Assembly: GCA_902384455.1 (NCBI GenBank)
Contig: CABMCB010000014.1
Location: forward strand, 1-39,694
Reading direction: 5' to 3'
Length of the DNA stretch: 39,694 bases
DNA from: an uncultured archaeon
Lineage (GTDB): Archaea; Altiarchaeota; Altiarchaeia; IMC4; SCGC-AAA252-I15
Shown here piece after piece: positions 36,467-39,694 of this stretch. A model generated the notes under the pieces. It was not told where the DNA came from. It saw only the letters and a program-made list of their open reading frames with translations, and did no database searches. Within the stretch, counting starts at the first letter, position 1. Every line of letters begins with the position of its first letter. Both the position numbers and the translations under genes were made by a program.

Positions 36467-38011
36467 ATGCATTGGGCCGACGAAGTCGCAGGCAAACTTG
36501 TTGAGCGAGGCGGAAGCCACGTTATTGAGACTGGGACGAGCATAAGCGGCATTCCTCATGTCGGGAACGCAAGCGACATTATAAGGGGTGACGCGGTGAG
36601 GAAGGCGCTTTCTGAGGAAGGCGCTGATGTTCGGCTCATCTGGGTTTCAGACGATAGCGACCCATTCAGGAAAGTTCCCGCGGGAATGGAGGCGCTCAAG
36701 GATTATCTTGGGTTTCCGGTCAAAGACATACCTGACCCGCAAGGATGCCATAAAGGATTCGTGGAGCACTTCGCCGAACCATTCATAGAGTCGCTTTCGA
36801 AATTCGGGGTAACGCCAGAAGTGTACTCCGGCACGTCGCTATACCGCGAAGGAAAGCTTCTGCCCCAAATCAAAAAAGCGTTTGAAGAGCGAGAAAAAAT
36901 ACGCGAAATACTAAACAAATTCAGGCAAGAGCCCCTCCCCCCAGACTTCGTCCCCTGGACTCCAATCTGCTCAAAATGCGGCAGAATAAGCACCACAAAA
37001 ATAAACCAAGTAGACGGCCTCAAAGTCCACTACACATGCCAAGACTCCGACGTATCCGGAGGAAGCGTAAAAGGATGCGGCCACAAGGGAATATCTCACG
37101 CAGACAAAGGGGAAGGAAAACTACCTTGGCGCGTCGAGTGGGCTGCGAGGTGGAGCCACTTTAACGTGACTTGCGAGCCGTTTGGGAAAGACCATGCTGC
37201 TCCTGGCGGAAGCTACGACACGAGCAAGTTAATCAGCAAGGAAGTGTTCGGTTGGGTTCCGCCCGAACCTGTGGTGTACGAGTTCTTCACTCTCAACGGC
37301 GCTAAAATTTCATCTAGCGCAGGAAACGTGATTACTCCGGCGGACTGGATTGAGATAGCAGAACCTGAAGTTCTCAAGTTCTTCATGTACAAGAGGCTAC
37401 TTAAGCAGCGCGACATAGACCTCACTAAAATCCCAAACATAACAGACGAATACGACAATGCGGAAGCGGCGTTTTTCGGGAAAAACTCTGTTCCGGAAGA
37501 AGAAGGTGAACTGCCCTCCAGGACGTATGCCCTCTCCCAGATAAACGAGCCAAAGCCGCTTGGCGTGCCTTACACAGTCTGCGCAGTGCTCGCCCAAATA
37601 CTGCCGGAAGGAAACAAAGACCTAGCAGTAAAGCGGGTGAAAGAAATGGGGTACAAAGAATTCGACGAAGAACTTCTCATGCGCCGAATCAAGGCCGCCT
37701 CACATTGGGTCGCGCGCTTCTGCCCCGAACACCTGAAGTTCACTTTGCTCACAGAAAAACCAGCGGTAGAGCTGACGGCGCTCCAAGTCAAAGGGCTTCA
37801 TGCGCTCGCTGAAGCGTTGAATGAAAACTGGACTCCTGAGACTCTTCACAAGAAGATTTATGAGACCGCCCGCGGTGCGGGACTTCAGCCGACGGAACTT
37901 TTCACCGCGATTTACCGCGCGCTAATCGGCAAAGACAAGGGGCCTAAGGCGGCGGCGTTCCTTCTTTCATTGGACCGCGGTTTCGTCAGGGAGCGCTTCC
38001 TTTCTTTTTAA
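36467..38011 (+). CDS. lysS: Class I lysyl-tRNA synthetase
   Basis: MHWAD, SG.PHVGN, DD.D..RKVP, KLPWRVEWAARW, GKDH, KISSS.GN, GP. Confidence 0.96.
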   Translation: MHWADEVAGKLVERGGSHVIETGTSISGIPHVGNASDIIRGDAVRKALSEEGADVRLIWVSDDSDPFRKVPAGMEALKDYLGFPVKDIPDPQGCHKGFVEHFAEPFIESLSKFGVTPEVYSGTSLYREGKLLPQIKKAFEEREKIREILNKFRQEPLPPDFVPWTPICSKCGRISTTKINQVDGLKVHYTCQDSDVSGGSVKGCGHKGISHADKGEGKLPWRVEWAARWSHFNVTCEPFGKDHAAPGGSYDTSKLISKEVFGWVPPEPVVYEFFTLNGAKISSSAGNVITPADWIEIAEPEVLKFFMYKRLLKQRDIDLTKIPNITDEYDNAEAAFFGKNSVPEEEGELPSRTYALSQINEPKPLGVPYTVCAVLAQILPEGNKDLAVKRVKEMGYKEFDEELLMRRIKAASHWVARFCPEHLKFTLLTEKPAVELTALQVKGLHALAEALNENWTPETLHKKIYETARGAGLQPTELFTAIYRALIGKDKGPKAAAFLLSLDRGFVRERFLSF

Positions 38012-38059
38012 CGGACGCACCCAATATTGTATGCTCGGTTTATCCGGGGGTGAGTTGGA

Positions 38060-38788
38060 ATGTTTGAGGCAACTGTCGTTGACACTAAAAATTTCAGAAA
38101 CAGCATTGACGCAATCGCGGCCTTGATTGACGAAGGCACTCTTCAGATTACTGCGGAAGGGATCAAGTTGAGGGCCATGGACCCAAGCCAGATAGCTCTG
38201 GTGGACTTCTTCCTGCCCGCGTCCGCATTCGAAAACTACCAGCTTAAGAGTCCGACTTCAGTGGGCATAGACTTCGTGGAACTGGCCAAGCTCACCAAGA
38301 GGATGCGCCCCGAAGACAAGTTGGAGATCGCTTTGGACAAGCGGCTTAACCTCCTTTTCAAGGGGACTACCACCCGCCGTTTCAGCCTAAGCGTAATAGA
38401 CAGCACAAGCACGCCGCCGAAGGAACCTAAGATAGAGTTCGCCGCAGAAGTAAAAATCTCGCCCTCACTAATCAAAGAAGCGTTCAAAGACGCAGAACTA
38501 GTCAGCAACCACGTCGCACTCAGCATCGCAGACGGATTCCAAATAAAAAGCGACGGAGACACCGGAAGCGTAGACATATCATTCTCAGACGAAGGAATAC
38601 TGGGCATAGACAAAAAGAAAGAAGCCAGAGCAGTATTCTCACTCGAACACCTAAACAACATACTCAAAGCAGCCGAAGCACCCGCCGTAGTCAGCTTAAG
38701 CATGCGCACAGACGCACCACTACGCGTAGAATATGCCGTAGGAGACGGCCGCGTCATATACTACCTTGCCCCGCGCATAGAGACTTAG
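38060..38788 (+). CDS. pcn: DNA polymerase sliding clamp PCNA
   Basis: LIDE, AMDPS..ALV, F..Y, P....Y, YYLAPRIE. Confidence 0.96.
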   Translation: MFEATVVDTKNFRNSIDAIAALIDEGTLQITAEGIKLRAMDPSQIALVDFFLPASAFENYQLKSPTSVGIDFVELAKLTKRMRPEDKLEIALDKRLNLLFKGTTTRRFSLSVIDSTSTPPKEPKIEFAAEVKISPSLIKEAFKDAELVSNHVALSIADGFQIKSDGDTGSVDISFSDEGILGIDKKKEARAVFSLEHLNNILKAAEAPAVVSLSMRTDAPLRVEYAVGDGRVIYYLAPRIET

Positions 38789-38865
38789 TTAAGGCGCCTG
38801 AAGGGACGGTGCTCGGATAGGTCGCACGCGTTATTTTATTGATAACTGCCAAAGGTTGTTTGAGG

Positions 38866-39246
38866 ATGGCCAAGAAAAAAGAAGGCGGAAAGAAAATCCT
38901 TATGCTTTTGTCCCGCCAGGCGCTTCGCGCCAAAGAATTCCACCTTCTGCTTAGCAAAGCCGGATACAACGTAGTTGCCTCGCCTGATATGACGAAGTTC
39001 ACGTCAAACGACGCAATAGACCTGATAATAGTGGACTGCGACGACAGCGTGAGCCAGTCCACGTCCGACCGCTTAAGAGAAATTCGGGGGCGTTTCCCTT
39101 CAGTCTACCTTATGCTTCTTTCCAGAGCGCCCATTCCAATATCCCACCAAATATCTCTCCAATCAGACTACAACGTGAATGCTGCACTGGTGCGGCCGAT
39201 TGATCCTGACGTGTTGTTGGACCACGTTCATGCTCTGTTAGACTAA
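38866..39246 (+). CDS. Atypical single-domain response-regulator receiver protein
   Basis: KKIL, GY.V, DLIIVD, LLS, ALVRP.D...L CheY-like pattern. ATG at 38866. Confidence 0.65.
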   Translation: MAKKKEGGKKILMLLSRQALRAKEFHLLLSKAGYNVVASPDMTKFTSNDAIDLIIVDCDDSVSQSTSDRLREIRGRFPSVYLMLLSRAPIPISHQISLQSDYNVNAALVRPIDPDVLLDHVHALLD

Positions 39247-39261
39247 TTTTTTTATAGAATT

Positions 39262-39694
39262 CTATTCGCGGGTCTGTTCGACGGGAATCGCCTGCTCCTC
39301 CTTCTTGTCTTCGGGGGACTGCAGGTTTAGGCGCGCTTCGGCCGCCTTAAGTATTGATGCTAGCATGTCGGCGTAGTCCATTCCCGCGAACTTGGACATT
39401 TTTGCTAGGTGGCCGTCCCAGCACCAGCCTGGGTTGGGGTTGACTTCCAGGAGTTTGGGGTTTCCTTCTGCGTCTAGTCTCCAGTCGAAGCGGGCGTAGT
39501 CTTTGCAGTCGAGGCGTTCGAATAGTTTGGTGCACCATTCTATGAGGGCTTTTTCTGTTTCGTCGGGGAGGTCTGCTTGGATTGAGCTTATGTTCCAGTA
39601 CGGGGAGTCTTAGCGCCATTTGGCTTCGTCGCCGCATATTTTTGGGCGGTTTTCGGGGCGGTTGGAGTAGTCTTCAACCTCCCCGAAAACCTCC
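39262..39694 (-). CDS. D-Ala-D-Ala ligase-like ATP-grasp protein, C-terminal part (5'-truncated, in-frame TAA at 39610-39612)
   Basis: Not in ORF track. Manual translation ..EDYS..PKICGDEAKWR*DSPYW..LFERLDCKDYARFDWRLDAEGNPKLLEVNPNPGWCWDGHLAKM.. Confidence 0.8.

Noticed and set aside
1036-39246. Genome-wide reassignment of TGA or TAG
   Set aside because: glyA, purH, srp54, rpl1, rpl35ae and amtB end at TGA, and pcn ends at TAG, at the expected C-termini.
39610-39612. In-frame TAA in the ATP-grasp gene as stop-codon recoding
   Set aside because: It lies in the last ~85 nt, where several codons look like single-base errors against the expected family pattern (CGC for CTC, GAC for TAC). A low-quality contig end is more likely, and TAA ends many genes here.
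1-39694. CRISPR arrays, rRNA, IS elements, inteins, tRNA introns
   Set aside because: No regularly spaced repeats, transposase or integrase motifs, or oversize insertions were seen. Both tRNAs are uninterrupted.

Overview
Compact, gene-dense chromosomal region of an archaeon. Markers are archaeal SRP54, Spt5, SecE/Sec61-gamma, uL10/P0, eL33, PCNA, class I LysRS, DRG GTPase, TATA boxes and GGTGA-type SD sites. A DPANN/Altiarchaeota-like lineage is plausible but cannot be proven from the window. Contents from left to right: a partial TMEM260/DUF2723-like glycosyltransferase; tRNA-Arg(UCU); a bacterial-type folate/one-carbon operon glyA-folD-purH(frameshifted)-folC-folP-purN; two processive-type GT2 genes with a thioredoxin-like protein and a dolichol kinase; srp54; several orphans; an aroD-larB-TPR-larC(C-half)-CxxCxxCC cluster with convergent aroE; TraB, DRG and a stand-alone NFACT-R protein; the ftsZ-secE-spt5-rpl11 // rpl1-rpl10 cluster interrupted by lemA-DUF3137, with an uL1-binding leader in front of rpl1; rpl35ae and tRNA-Phe(GAA); amtB-glnK; a PurM/SelD-fold protein; a DPM1-like GT2; lysS; pcn; an atypical receiver protein; and a partial ATP-grasp gene at an apparently error-rich end. 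The strongest novelty candidate is the PurM/SelD-fold gene, which has an in-frame TGA at codon 13 (possible new selenoprotein). No CRISPR, rRNA or mobile element was seen. Family assignments rest on recalled motifs, not database searches.
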